Shown here in pieces: positions 25,562 to 39,680 of a stretch of DNA of 64,000 nt (positions within the stretch are counted from its first letter, which is position 1; every line of letters starts with the position of its first letter). The notes under the pieces were generated by a model. The model saw only the letters and a list, made by a program, of their open reading frames with translations, was not told the DNA's origin and ran no database searches. A program made the translations under genes and the position numbers. The stretch spans positions 71,238,001 to 71,302,000 of the forward strand of contig OX597822.1 of NCBI GenBank assembly GCA_951406725.2, given 5' to 3'. The stretch comes from Octopus vulgaris (taxonomy: Eukaryota).

Positions 25562-26521
25562 TTAGGTTGTTTCACATGAAATGTTGCATTTTTAATTACT
25601 TGTTATTTCAGTTATTTAAAAACTTAGTTATGTTTACCTTGCATTTAATCTTGACTTTTTTTCTTTCCCAACAATATTGGTATACAAAAATCGTACCCAC
25701 AGACCTTATGAAAATGATAAAAACCAAACTATGTTGAGTGATTTTCTCAAGAAATCTGGATAAGTTTGTTCCACATCAACTGAATGAGATAAAAAAAACA
25801 AAAAAAAACAGACGCCTCGAAGTGTGCTCCTTATTGCTTTCTTGACTGGAAACAGACCATTTTTGCATCAAATCATTGCTTGTGACAAGAAATGGATACA
25901 CTTGGACAACAGCAGCAGAACAGGACTGTGATTAGATGCAGGAGAGTCACCTAAACACCACCCAAACCCACCATTGCACCCTAAAAAGTTAGAGGTCACT
26001 GTATGGTGATCTGAGAAGTGAGATATTCATTATTCATTTTCACAACAAGGAAAAACAGTAACAGCAACACCATATTGCCAGGAAATTGATTGTATGCATG
26101 AGAATTTGAAAAAGAAGCAATCCAGACTTGTGAATAGAGATGGCCCAATTTTGCTCCATGACAATGGGTGTCCTCACACGGTCCAAAAGTTGCAAAGCCT
26201 GAATTATGAGATTTTGCAACATCCTCCCTATTCCTCTAATATCTCTCCTACTAATTATCACTTATTTAAGCATTTTGGGATATTCATAAGCAATAAAACA
26301 TTCTTAAATAGAGAAGAGGTAATTGAAGCATTCAGAAAGTTTATCACAGCAAAAGATGAATTTTTTTTTTTAAAAGATGGAATATATAACATAGAGAAAT
26401 GTTGGGTAAACTTCATAAATGAACATGGATCATACTTTGATTAAATAAATAATTTCTCTAACACTTCTGAAACATTTTATTATTATTTTTCAAATACGAC
26501 ATTTCATGTGAAGTAACCTAA
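25562..26521 (+). mobile_element. Internally deleted mariner transposon
   Basis: TIRs ttaggttgtttcacatgaaatgttgcattt / aaatacgacatttcatgtgaagtaacctaa|TA; motifs LDKFVPHQLNE, IIACDKKWI, ILLHDNGCPH, HPPYSSNISPTNYHLF, GSYFD*. Confidence 0.9.
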
Positions 26522-27015
26522 TAATAATGTCAGAATAGGAATGTAATCCAAGATGTTCGCTTTTAGATTCGTGCAGGGAACTTAATTCCATTAATGGCAC
26601 TCAAATAGTAGGGCATAATATGAAACTAGGGAGTGCTTTAGGCCCCCAAAAAAACAGGTGGTATAATGTTATATCTTCTTCACCAGCATTAGTAATATTA
26701 TATTTCAGGTTCTTCATTGTCTTCAATGTTATTTAGGCTTGTTCTTGTGATTTATTATGAGTGGCTAAAATTCTAGACAGGCTGTCTTCACTCTGGTCAC
26801 AGAAGATACATATATCATAATGTGATTCTCTGGATATATTAATTGCTAACACTGTAATTAAAAATAATATTAGTATAATATTTATTGCTTCGTATGATAT
26901 TTAATATTGTTGATATGAAAATCTTAGCAATTACAACACATAATTTCAAAACGCAAACTCATTAATAAATTAAACAATTAAATTACACACACACACACAC
27001 AGACACATGCACACA

Positions 27016-27074
<59 letters not shown>

Positions 27075-27202
27075 ATACATACATATGCATGTATATCATA
27101 TATATATATATATATATATACATACATACATTCTTATATATTATATGTCTATATACATTATATATATGCATATAAATACATACATAGATATACATATATG
27201 AA

Positions 27203-27236
<34 letters not shown>

Positions 27237-27411
27237 ATACATACATCCATACATATATGTACATATATATTATATATATATGCACACACATGTATACATA
27301 TATATATATTACATATGTATGATACTTATATATAATACATATGTATCTATATGTATATATGTATATATATGTGTATATATATATATATATATGTATGTGT
27401 GTATATGTATA

Positions 27412-27446
<35 letters not shown>

Positions 27447-27463
27447 GTATATATATGTATGTA

Positions 27464-27528
<65 letters not shown>

Positions 27529-27729
27529 ATATATGTATGTATGTATACACACACACACACGGAAACACATACCTATATGTATCTAGTGTCTTGTTAATAA
27601 ATGAGATAATGTATGTCTTGTGTTGAATTGTCTTAACAAGTCTTAAGCAAATCTCTCCATTCTGCTAGAGTAAGGAAAGAGAGAAATGGAGTCAGCTCAA
27701 GTGATGCTGGGAGTAGAAAAGTTGTTGTT

Positions 27730-28740
27730 TGATGGTAATGGTGATGGTTGTGGATGTGGAAGTCATAGCAATCACGTAATATCCATGTTGATAGTGATGG
27801 TGATGGCAATGGTAGTGCTGGTGACGTTGGTGGTAGCTTATTGATGGTTGTATTAGTAGTTGTAGTAGTAGTAGTGGTATTGGTTTCAGCGATAGTATTA
27901 GTAATAGTAGCAGCAATAGTAGTGGTGGTGGTGGTGGTGGTGGTGGTGGTGGTGGTAGTGGTGATGGTGGTGGTGGTAATGGTGGTAGTAGTAGTAGTAG
28001 TGGTGGTAGTGGTAGTGGTGATGGTGGTGGTCATAGTAGTAGTGGTTGTGGTGGTGATGGTTGTGGTGGTGGTAGTCGTGGTGGTGATGGTGGTAATAGC
28101 AGTAGTGGTTGTGGTGGTTGTGGTGACGGTTGTGGTAGTAGTAGTAGTAGTACTAGTAATGGTGGTGGTGGTTGTGGTGTTGGTTGTTGTAGTGGTTGTG
28201 GTTGTGGTGGTGGTAGCCGTGGTGGTGATGGTGGTAATAGTAGTAGTAGTTGTGGTGGTGGTCGAGGTGGCAATAGTGGTAGTAGTAGTACTAGTAATGG
28301 TGGTAGTGGTGGTGGTTGTGGTTGTGGTGGCAGTGGTGGTCGTGGTCGTGGCAGTGGTGATGGTAACTGTAGTAGTAGTAGTAGTAGTAGTAGTAGTGCT
28401 GGTGGTACTCGTGGTGTTAGTGGTTAGAAAACTAATGCGATAGTAATGGACGAAACAATTACTAATAAAAGTGACATCTCTGCTACCAACGTCAACATCA
28501 TCAACATCAACATCAACATCAACATCAACGTCAACATCCGCCTCAACACCGCACCACGAGTATAAAGTACACATCACCGACAGCAACAAGAAAAATCAAC
28601 GACAACCCATCAACCGACCAAGTAAAAATCAACAGCAACACAACACACAACATTTACCACCACCACCACCACCACCACCGCCACCGCCACCACCGTCACC
28701 ACCACCGTCACCACCGCCGTCGCCGCCGTCATCAACAAAG
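27730..28740. repeat. Long degenerate trinucleotide tract (GTG/GTA/GTT)n followed by (CAACAT)n and (CAC/CGC)n
   Basis: Direct inspection; it gives the poly-Thr and poly-Val ORFs. Confidence 0.9.
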
Positions 28741-28961
28741 TGTGTCTAATAATTACACCATTCATTAATGGAATTTTCTGACAGTTGTTGTTGAGGAGCA
28801 ATTTCTTCCTAACTTTGCTTAATGTTCCATATAGTTAATTCATGCTGCCTCGCTTAAGTGACCGTCTATCAAACCATCCTGGCACTTAGATTTCACACTC
28901 CCCTGCATTAAGCAAAGGCTTAGAGCTTTCTGGCATCGGTCTTTATTTCTTCATTGGATGC

Positions 28962-29029
<68 letters not shown>

Positions 29030-29226
29030 GCATGCAAACACAGACACACATGCATACAAACACACACATGCACACATACATACTCCAACAGACATAAAAG
29101 ATTCTTTTGCTAACATCTCTTCCCACCAGACAGTACCCCATTTTATTATGGCTTTTATCAGCATCATCGTCTTCATCGTCATTATCATCATCATCTTCAT
29201 CATTGTCATCATCCATGATAACAACA

Positions 29227-29460
<234 letters not shown>

Positions 29461-30397
29461 TTGTCCTCTTTGATAACCATAACAAACAACTCTTTGTGTT
29501 CTTCTTTGTTTCCCTTCCTTCCTTCCTTTCACAACCACCACCACCTCCTCCTCCTCTTCTTCCTCCTCCTCATCATCATTTATAACAACATCATCCTCTT
29601 CACTCTCGCCTCTTGTATTTTCCAATCATCATCTTGTTCTTGCACTTCTTCTGTAGCCTTCCTCTAAACCTCACCGGATTCCCAGTTCCCCATTTGTTGA
29701 GATTTTGGTTCTATTAAGAACACGAACTACATTGAAACAGATACATATACAAATAAATGGCACATGATTAGTTGAAATATTACGGTGCTTGAAGGCTCAA
29801 CAGCAGTTAATATCGTCATCATGGCACTCCGTCGGTTACGACGACGAGGGTTCCAGTTGATCCAATCAACAGAACAGCCTGCTTGTGAAATTAACGTGCA
29901 AGTGGCTGAGCACTCCACAGACACATGTACCCTTAATGTAGATTCAGCGTGACACAGAGTGTGACAAGGCTGGCCCTTTGAAAAACAGGTACAACAGAAA
30001 CAGGAAGAAAGAGTGAGAGAAAGTTGTGGTGAAAGAGTACAGCAGAGTTTTCCACGACCCCCTGCCGGAGCCTCGTAGAGCTTTGGGTGTTTTCGCTCAA
30101 TAAACACTCACAATGCCCTGTCTGGGAATCGAAACCGTGATCCTACGACCGAGAGTCCACTGCCCTAACCACTGGGCCATTGCGCTTCGATGGCAGTTAA
30201 TATACAAACACTGACAATGTACACCATTCATGAAAGAGACATAACTTTTGAAGACACAGATTGTTTAGTGGCAAAGTTACTTCTTTATTATTCCGTTTAC
30301 CTACAGGAAAACAGAAGTTTTGTCTTATGACTAGGCACAAAATGTATTGCAGGGAAACAAAGAAACAGGCTGCAATATAGTTATTAAAAGACTATCT

Positions 30398-30435
<38 letters not shown>

Positions 30436-30603
30436 TTCTTATCCTTACTTACCTTATATATACGTCAAAGGGAATTTGTTGCTATGGTACTTTCGCTTTC
30501 TCTTAAAGCACTGATGAATTTAGTTATTCTGTGCCGATGAAGAGAAATAACCCAGAAATCGCAAAACACAGATATTGTTTTAAGCCGAGTGGGGGTGCTA
30601 GAT

Positions 30604-31219
30604 TCGCTTGTTTGAAAATATAAGGACACAGATCGTGTCATGTAGCCAGCTGGAGTTGATGTCTCCTGGGGCTAAATTACAGCAACATTTGTCCTAAACC
30701 AGGACTGCCATGTTATGTTGACAAACAATCATTACTCCAAAGTACTGTTGCTGAATATCGCTTGTTTGAAAATATAAGGACACAGATCGTGTCATGTAGC
30801 CAGCTGGAGATGATGTCTCCTGGGGCTAAATTACAGCAACATTTGTCCTAAACCAGGACTGCCATGTTATGTTGACAAACAACCATTACTCCAAAATACT
30901 GTTGCTGAATATCGCTTGTTTGAAAATATAAGGATACAGATCGTGTCATGTAGCCAGCTGGAGATGATGTCTCCTGGGGCTAAATTACAGCAACATTTGT
31001 CCTAAACCAGGACTGCCATGTTATGTTGACAAACAATCATTACTCCAAAGTACTGTTGCTGAATATCGCTTGTTTGAAAATATAAGGACACAGATCGTGT
31101 CATGTAGCCAGCTGGAGATGATGTCTCCTGGGGCTAAATTACAGCAACATTTGTCCTTAACTAGGACTACCATGTTATGTTGGCAAACAATCATTACTCC
31201 AAAGTACTGTTGCTGAATA
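30604..31219. repeat. Tandem repeat, 4 x 154 bp, immediately downstream of a decayed hammerhead (30528-30572)
   Basis: Units start tcgcttgtttgaaaatataagga at 30604, 30758, 30912 and 31066 and are near-identical. Confidence 0.95.
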
Positions 31220-31767
31220 TCTCTCGTTGTGAGATTTAAAAATAGTAATTTTATAATGATGAGTGTAATAATGCACAGAAGTTTTAACTACAAACGTGTG
31301 TGGTTTTTTTAATGTCCATTTTTCATGATTGCATGGGTCAGATAGAGTGTATTGAAGCAAATTTCCCTAAGGCCAAATACCCTTCTTGCTGCCAACCCTC
31401 AACTGGTTCCAAGAAAGTTAATATTTTCCCAAGGCCAGACATGTTTTTACAGAATATTGGAAAAGAACGACACTGCTTGTATAACAGTGACACTCATTTA
31501 CATTCACTTACAACTATCATGTGACATCAAGGACAAGGGGACAAAAATATACACCACTCCACACACACATGAGCGTATATATATATATTTGTACATATAT
31601 CTAAATGGCAGGCTCTTTATGGTTTCCATCTACCATTTACCTCTCACAAGATTTTGGCCATAGTAGAAGACACTTGCCTAAGATACCACACAGTAGGACT
31701 GAACCTGAAGTTATGTGATTTGGAAGCAATCTTCTACCACACTCATGCCTGTGCCTCTGTGTGTGTG

Positions 31768-31825
<58 letters not shown>

Positions 31826-31846
31826 AATATATATATATATTTATAT

Positions 31847-31912
<66 letters not shown>

Positions 31913-32195
31913 CATGCATGGTGGTATCTCTCAGGTAGCCTAATTTATGGTTTTAAATAATTACCTTTGTATGGTATTTATTCCCATGCTGGCCACTTGA
32001 TAAGATCGATATGTAACTATCAATATCATCCTTATTTATAAATATATATACGTATATAAATATATGAAAGAATGTCTTCTCTGATGTGAATTTGCTACCC
32101 AGGTATCGGTTAACCGAATTATCCATAACAAGATAATTCATTCAACTACTCAAATATTTATATACGTGTGTATATATATATATATATATAATAGC

Positions 32196-32244
<49 letters not shown>

Positions 32245-32437
32245 GAAGGGAATATAATTCCAAACTTACAGGGAAAATTTCAATTTAGCAATTCTAAATC
32301 AAATTTCACAATGTATAATATACTATTTACTATTTATTGTTTTTATAGTATATATATTTTTCTATATGGTGTGAATAACGTCTTTCACTATTGAATTGCT
32401 TAATAGAGGTTTTCTCTAAATTATATGTATAAGATAT

Positions 32438-32495
<58 letters not shown>

Positions 32496-33032
32496 GCGCT
32501 GGAGTGGCTGTGTGATAAGTAACTTGCTTACCAACCACATGGTTCCGAGTACAGTCCCAATGCTTTGCACCGTGGGCAAGTGTCTTCTACAGCCAAAGCC
32601 TTGTGAGTGGATTTGGTAGATAGTAACTGAAAGAAGCCCATGGTATATATATATATATATATATTATATAGAGGGCATTATTACACATAAATGCCTCACA
32701 CTAAGAGGGACATAAGTCATTACTACCAAAATTTCACTAATCATATCCAATGCAGTTTTTCAAAGCAAGACATTTAAAAAATTAATTTAGTTCTATATCA
32801 TAGAACTACTTGACATTCAGTGTTAGTTTGTTTATATCCTTGTAACTTAGCAGCTTGGCAATAAAGACCAATTGAATAAGTACCAGACTTCAAAAAAAAA
32901 AAAAAGTCCTGGGGGTGTCAATTCGTTTTGACTAAAACCTCTGGAGGCAATGCCCCAGCATGGCCACAGTCCAGTGTCTGTAGCTAGTGAAAGATAACAG
33001 ATAAATGCAGAATAAAGACATTAAGGTCTTTG

Positions 33033-33080
<48 letters not shown>

Positions 33081-34100
33081 GGAAGCAGAACACGTGCAGG
33101 TTATGGATGGTTAAGCACAAGTTGACAGCAGCTACTTGCTTTTAGTATCGCTCCAGTCCTATGTAGATTCATTGATCAGAGATCTTGAAAACGATTTGCA
33201 ATGAGTGCTTGAGAACATAGCATTTTTCCACTCAACTGCTACATAGACATTAACATCCTACAGAAACAATCCTATTACAGAAAATCTTTGCTGTTCATGA
33301 ATTATTGATATCTCAAATTCCTGTAGCCTTACAAATGTTCGTACTAATAATCTCTTGAAAACTCTCCTGGGGGTGGCTACACAGAATTCGCATAACTTAG
33401 ACTACAAGACAAAAGCAAGGGACTTTTGTTGTTGTTGTTGTTTTCTTTATCCATGAGCTGATGCAAGCCCTTTATAAAAGCATAAATACATCAGGTGATA
33501 AAGTGCTGTTTGTATATCTGGGGACTTGTGTGCACAAATGCCCAAGAATATCTCAACAGTAAACGTCTTTCTTTTATCGAACAATGCTTTATAATTATTG
33601 GGTTGTACCTGTTATATATAATTCAACTGCAACAGACAATCAAACTCCTCCGTGGTCATTTCATATGCTAGAAATAACAGCCAAGTCTCTTACCCCCACC
33701 ACTATCTTAAATATGAAAAGGACCAATTATGAAATCTATAATAACCTTAAAAAGATGGGTTAGTCATAACTAGTACGGTTGTCCTCTCTTTCACTTCTCC
33801 TGTGGGTTCCAAGACAGGGTCTGATATGCAATGCAGGATGTTCGTTTTGCTGAACTGTTTCATATGTTTCTTTGAGGGAAAACTTCCTCTCTCAAATCTT
33901 GCTGTTGGCAACATGTGTATAACATGTGTATACCACACGTGGCTGTGTGGTAAGTAGCTTGCTTACAAACCACATGGTTCCGGGTTCAGTCTCACTGCAT
34001 GGTACCTTGGGCTAGTACTATAGTAGGAAGCTACTATAGCCTTGGGCCGACCAAAGCCTTATGAATGGATTTGGTTGATGGAAACTACAAGAAGCCCATC

Positions 34101-36287
34101 GCGAGAGCTCTTACCCCTGCTGGTGACAAAAGGCCTCTCGCTCAGAGTAAAAGGCAGACTGTATGATGCATGTGTACGTACAGCCATGCTACATGGCAGT
34201 GAAACATGGGCCGTGACTGCTGAGGATATGCGTAAGCTCGCAAGAAGCCAGTATGCTCCGATGGATGTGTAATGTCAGTGTTCATAATCGTCAGAGTGTA
34301 AGTACCTTGAGAGAAAAGTTGAACCTAAGAAGCGTCAGTTGTGGTGTGCAAGAGAGACGGCTGCGCTGGTATGGTCATGTGACGAGAATGGCTGAAGATA
34401 GTTGTGTGCAAAAGTGCTACACCCTAGCAGTTGAGGGAACCTGTGGAAGAGGTAGACCCAGGAAAACCTGGGACGACGTGGTGAAGCACGACCTTCGAAT
34501 TTTAGGTCTCACTAAGGAAATGACTAGAGACCGAGACCTATGGAAGTATGCTGTGCGTGAGAAGACCTGGCAAGACTAGTGAGGCCATAACCCGTGGCCT
34601 CTACCTGGGACGTAGTCAGTCCACCTGTGCATACCTTCCTTCTTGTGACACTTGTGAAGACCTGTTGAGGCAAGTGAAAATCAAATCAAATCAAAACAAA
34701 TCAAAATAGATGAACATCAATGGAATTTGTATCTTTGTGGTACCAGTGCCGGTGGCACACAAGAAAACCATCCGAACGTGGCCGTAGCCAGTACCGCATC
34801 GACTGGCCTCCGTGCTGTGGGCACGTAACAAACACCATCCGATCGTGGCCGTTCGCCAGCCTCATCTGGCACCTGTGTCGGTGGCACATAAAAACACCAT
34901 CCGAAGACCCGGCAAGACTAGTCAGGCCATAACCCGTGGCCCCTACCTGGGACGTAGTCAGTCCACCTGTGCATACCTTCCTTCTTGTGACACTTGTGAA
35001 GACCTGTTGAGGCAAGTGAAAATCAAATCAAAACAAATCAAAATAGATGAACATCAATGGAATTTGTATCTTTGTGATACCAGTGCCGGTGGCACACAAG
35101 AAAATCATCCGAACGTGGCCGTCGCCAGTACCGCATTGACTGGCCTCCGTGCTGTGGGCACATAACAAACACCATCCGATCGTGGCCGTTCGCCAGCCTC
35201 ATCTGGCACCTGTGTCGGTGGCACATAAAAACACCATCCGAAGTCCCGGCAAGACAAGCCTCATCTGGCACCTGTGTCGGTGGCACATAAAAACACCATC
35301 CGAAGACCCGGCAAGACTAGTCAGGCCATAACCCGTGGGCCCTACCTGGGACGTAGTCAGTCCACCTGTGCATACCTTCCTTCCTTCTTGTGACACTTGT
35401 GAAGACCTGTGAAGACCTATTGAGGCAAGTGAAAATCAAATCAAATCAAATCAAAACAAATCAAAATAGATGAACATCAATGGAATTTGTATCTTAGTGG
35501 TACCAGTGCCGGTGGCACACAAGAAAACCATCCGAACGTGGCCGTAGCCAGTACCGCATCGACTGGCCTCCGTGCTGTGGGCACGTAACAAACACCACCC
35601 GATCGTGGCCGTTCGCCAGCCTCATCTGGCACCTGTGTCGGTGGCACATAAAAACAACATCCGAAGACCCGGCAAGACTAGTCAGGCCATAACCCGTGGG
35701 CCCTACCTGGGACGCAGTCAGTCCACCTGTGCATACCTTCCTTCTTGTGACACTTGTGAAGACCTGTTGAGGCAAGTGAAAATCAAATCAAAACAAATCA
35801 AAATAGATGAACATCAATGGAATTTGTATCTTTGTGGTACCAGTGCCGGTGGCACACAAGAAAACCATCCGAACGTGGCGGTAGCCAGTACCGCATCGAC
35901 TGGCCTCGGTGCTGTGGGCACGTAACAAACACCATCCGATCGTGGCCGTTCGCCAGCCTCATCTGGCACCTGTGTCGGTGGCACATAAAAACACCATCCG
36001 AGCGTGGCCGTCTGCCAGCCTCGTCTGGCACCTGTGTCGGTGGCACATAAAAAACACCATCCGAGCGTGGCCGTTCGCCAGCCTCGTGTGGCACCTGTGT
36101 TGGTGGCACATAAAATTACCCACTACACTCTCGGAGTGGTTGGCGTTAGGAAGGGCATCCAGCTGTAGAAACACTGCCAGATCTGACTGGCCTGGTGCAG
36201 CCTTCGGGCTCCCCAGACCCAGTTGAACCGTCCAACCCATGCTAGCATGGAAAACGGACTCTAAATGATGATGATGATGATGATGAT
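34101..36287 (+). mobile_element. 5'-truncated RTE-clade LINE with tandemly expanded 3' UTR and (GAT)n tail, inserted in a family-1 SINE
   Basis: KGRLYDACVRTAMLHGSETWAVT..MLRWMCNVS..ERRLRWYGHVTRM..GRGRPRKTWDDVVKHDL..DRDLWKYAV, stop at 34579. The 3' UTR has four units of about 340 bp starting 34561, 34903, 35302 and 35663. SINE halves flank at 33937-34100 and about 36540-36600. Confidence 0.9.
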
Positions 36288-36524
36288 ATAAATATATATA
36301 TATATATATATATGATTCAATATGTGACTGCATGTGTATTGTTGGCGATTTTCTTTCTCCGTCTTCTCTTCCTTGGATCTTTCCTTTTTCTATGTTTCTG
36401 GAAAAGCTCCGCTTGAAACGTTAAATCCTCCTTCTTTCTTTCCTTTCCTGAGCGTCCAATAACACTATACTTGTTCCACATCCTCGCGTTGTTGTGGTTT
36501 CTCTTTGTGTTTTCATGTTTGGAT

Positions 36525-36567
<43 letters not shown>

Positions 36568-36710
36568 ATATGTTTGTGTGTCTGTGTTTGTCCCCCCAAC
36601 ATACCTGTTTAATGTTCAAAGCAGTTTGGTCCAGCCTTTCACACCTATCTTACAATGTCGTTATAAAAATAAACAATCACATCATCAAAATTTTAAAGTT
36701 ATAAGATAAT

Positions 36711-37109
36711 TGTCGTGGCGGACACCCCCCCCCCCAAGTGAGAAGTGGGATGTTCCACTATTGATAAATAGTAGACAGACACAGTAAGCAAGGTCAGTCG
36801 GTAAGGTATGCCGGATGAGCCAGTCATGCAGATGATGAAATATGCTATCATAATACACAATGAAAATTTGAAGAAAGAACTAATTATACACATGGTAAAA
36901 AATAATGTACACTCAGTGAAAAAAGATTCTGAAGAAAAAATGTCTGATAAAAATGGAACTCTAACACAGAACTGAACTACACACAATGAAAAATAATATA
37001 AGTCTGTTTGAAGGATTTAAGTCAAGTTGTTATGTAGCGCTACCAGTAAACAATGTAGACTGGTACTAACTGCAGCATTCTGAAGAGAAAAACAATTGTG
37101 TGTAGAAGA

Positions 37110-37170
<61 letters not shown>

Positions 37171-37978
37171 GGGGTAATTGAAGGGGACGGAATAAGGCAT
37201 TCAGTGATGAAGGAAAGGATCAGGAAAGAATGTCATCGCAGACAGAGCTGAATGCGAGAAACAGGATTGAAGCGATCAATGCTTTAGCCAAACCAGTCGT
37301 GACTTACAGTTTCAATATTGTTAACTGGTCAATTACTGAAATATGTAATCTTGACCGAAAAATACGAAAACTGTTGACATTGCATAGAATGCACCACCCT
37401 AAGGCAGATATAGAACAACTTTACCTGCCATGAAAAGAGGGAGGCCGTGGACTTTTACAACTGGCAATAAGAATGAAGATTGCTACAATTGGCCTAGACA
37501 CCTTCCTGAAAAACGCTGAGGACTGGATGTTAAAACTTGTCTCAAAACATGAAAACAAGAAAGCATCATACTCAGTAACAAAACAGGCAAAGGAATATCT
37601 AAGAATATCTAATACAACAAATTTCGGAATTAGACATACAAGAAACAAGCACAGAAAAAGCTAAACGCATGAAAACCCGTGCTAAAACTGCTGCCTTAGA
37701 TATTCTGAATGATAAATGGCAAGAAAAACCTCTCTATGGCAAATACCCAAAGAGAGCGAATAATGCAGATGTTGACAAAGCCCTGACCCATCAATGGCTA
37801 ATGGCCTCTGGCTTAAAATCTGAAACAGAAGGGTTTATCATGTGGCGGACACCCCCAAGTGAGAAGTGAGCTGTTCCACTACTGATAAATAGTGCACAGA
37901 CACAGCAAGCAAAGTCAGTCGGCGAGGTACGCTGTATTTGGGATGATGAAATACGTCATCATAATGTGGGTCATATCA
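36711..37978 (+). mobile_element. TG...CA element with direct terminal repeats of about 140 bp and 5-bp TSD ATAAT (TRIM/LTR-like)
   Basis: ataat|tgtcgtggcggacaccc ... gggtcatatca|ataat; repeat copies at 36711-36855 and about 37840-37978. Confidence 0.6.
37171..37840 (+). mobile_element. R4/Dong-clade LINE fragment abutting (TAA)n
   Basis: ELNARNRIEAINALAKPVVTYSFNIVNW..LDRKIRKLLTLHRMHHPKADIEQLYLP*KEGGRGLLQL..WQEKPLYGKY..WLMASGLKSETEGFI; Dong-like elements are known to target TAA repeats. Confidence 0.8.
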
Positions 37979-38422
37979 ATAATGCATGATTAAGCACAGG
38001 AGTGGATGTGTGGTAAGTTGCTTGCTTACCAACCACATGGTTCTGGGTTCGGTCCCACTGCGTATAGCCTTGGGCTGACCAAAGTCTTGTTAGTGAATTT
38101 GGTAGATGGAAACTGAAAGAAGCCCATCGTATATATATATACATATATGTGTGTGTGTGTGTGTGTGTATGTATATATACATATATATATATATATAATT
38201 TAGGGTATCTAAGAGATACCACCACGCTTGAAATAGCAGCCAAAACTTGACTCTAAAACCACATTAAATGTGGCTTTAGAGTCAAGTTGTGGCTGCTATT
38301 TTAGATACCCTAAATTATAATTTTAATAATAATTAATACATTTGAAGGCTTCTATTCCCACGCTGGCCACTTGATATGAACGATATTTAAATAACGATCT
38401 TATCCTTATTAATATAAATATA

Positions 38423-38495
<73 letters not shown>

Positions 38496-39300
38496 CGTGT
38501 GTGCGTGTGTGTGTGTGTGTGTCTGTGTTAGGTTGACAACCGATGGTGGTGTGCTTACGTCTCCGTAACTTAGTGGTTGGCAATACAAAGAATAAGTTCT
38601 GGTGTCGATTTGCTCCAGCATGGCCGCAGTCAAGTGACTGAAACAAATAAAAGAATAAAAGAGATTAATTCAAAACGATAAATGAATAAGCATTGCATTT
38701 GAATGCTGAAGGGTTAAAAGATGGATACCATAATTGATTAACATCGATGAAAATAGTTCTTGGTACTTTGCTGTACTCAAGAGGAACCGTCCTCTACGGC
38801 AGAAGTGTTTAAGGCCACATCACTTGGTGAGGAGGGTTGGCCTGTAAGAGTCATGTGCCAGTTCCACGTGAAAAGCACTCGTGCCAGTGCCACGTTAGTG
38901 GAACCCGGCATACAATGCGAAGTGATTGGCATTCGGAAGAGCATCAAGCTGTAGAAGAAACCAGGCCAAATCAAACTGAAAACTGGTGCAGCCCTCTGGC
39001 TTGCCAGCTCTGGTCAAACTGGTAAACCATTGCCAGTGTGGAAAACAAACGTTAAGCGATTATGATGATGCAAAGGCCGACTTTACCATTGACCCTTTTA
39101 TATTTGATAAAATAAACAACTGGTCGAGTAAGAGGCCTCCGTGTCTGTGTAATCGGTTACCCCCATCCTACCCAAATTGCTGGCCAAACTGAAACAGTTA
39201 TTCAATATGCTAAACATTTCACAACTAAAACCTCAAAATTTATTTTAGAGAGGAACACCAGCGGTCCTTAGTGTGGTGTGCAATTAAAAGAGAGTACAAC

Positions 39301-39680
39301 TTATTACCTGTGCCTTAGCGAAGGCAGAGGTATTGTTTTCAGTCGTGTTTGTTTGTTTGTTTGCTGGTTTGTCCGTGGACAAGATATCTCAAGAACCGCT
39401 GGATGGATTCGGATGAAACTTTCAGGGATGTTTGGCCTCATAATTGGCACAAACTGATTAAATTTTGGGGATCAATCCGGTACCGGACAAGGATTCTGGA
39501 TTATTTTTCCGGTTTTTTTTAAACTTTTGAGAGCGGTCAGGTTCATTTTTAGTATTCTCGTTTGTGAGAGCAGTCGAGTTTATTTCAGATATTCTCATTT
39601 TAGAAATCATCTCTGGCTAATCGTTGAGAAGACGTTGGTGTTGTCTTGGCGGAAGTTTTCGCTCTCTGAGTGCTCTTGTT
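39301..39680 (+). mobile_element. Helentron/DINE-like non-autonomous repeat
   Basis: ttattacctgtgccttagcgaaggcagagg 5' hairpin, (gttt)n, and 3' ggcggaag..gctctctgagtgc; same family as 9590-10305. Confidence 0.55.

Noticed and set aside
27633-28589. 318-aa poly-Thr mucin-like ORF
   Set aside because: Trinucleotide tract open on both strands, with a non-ATG start and no recognisable domain; a mucin exon cannot be supported without RNA data.
30604-31219. CRISPR-like array
   Set aside because: Whole units are near-identical with no unique spacers, no cas genes, and a eukaryotic context.
34701-36333. Repeated Cys/His-rich ORFs (CHRHRCQ)
   Set aside because: Incidental frames across the RTE 3' UTR tandem repeats.
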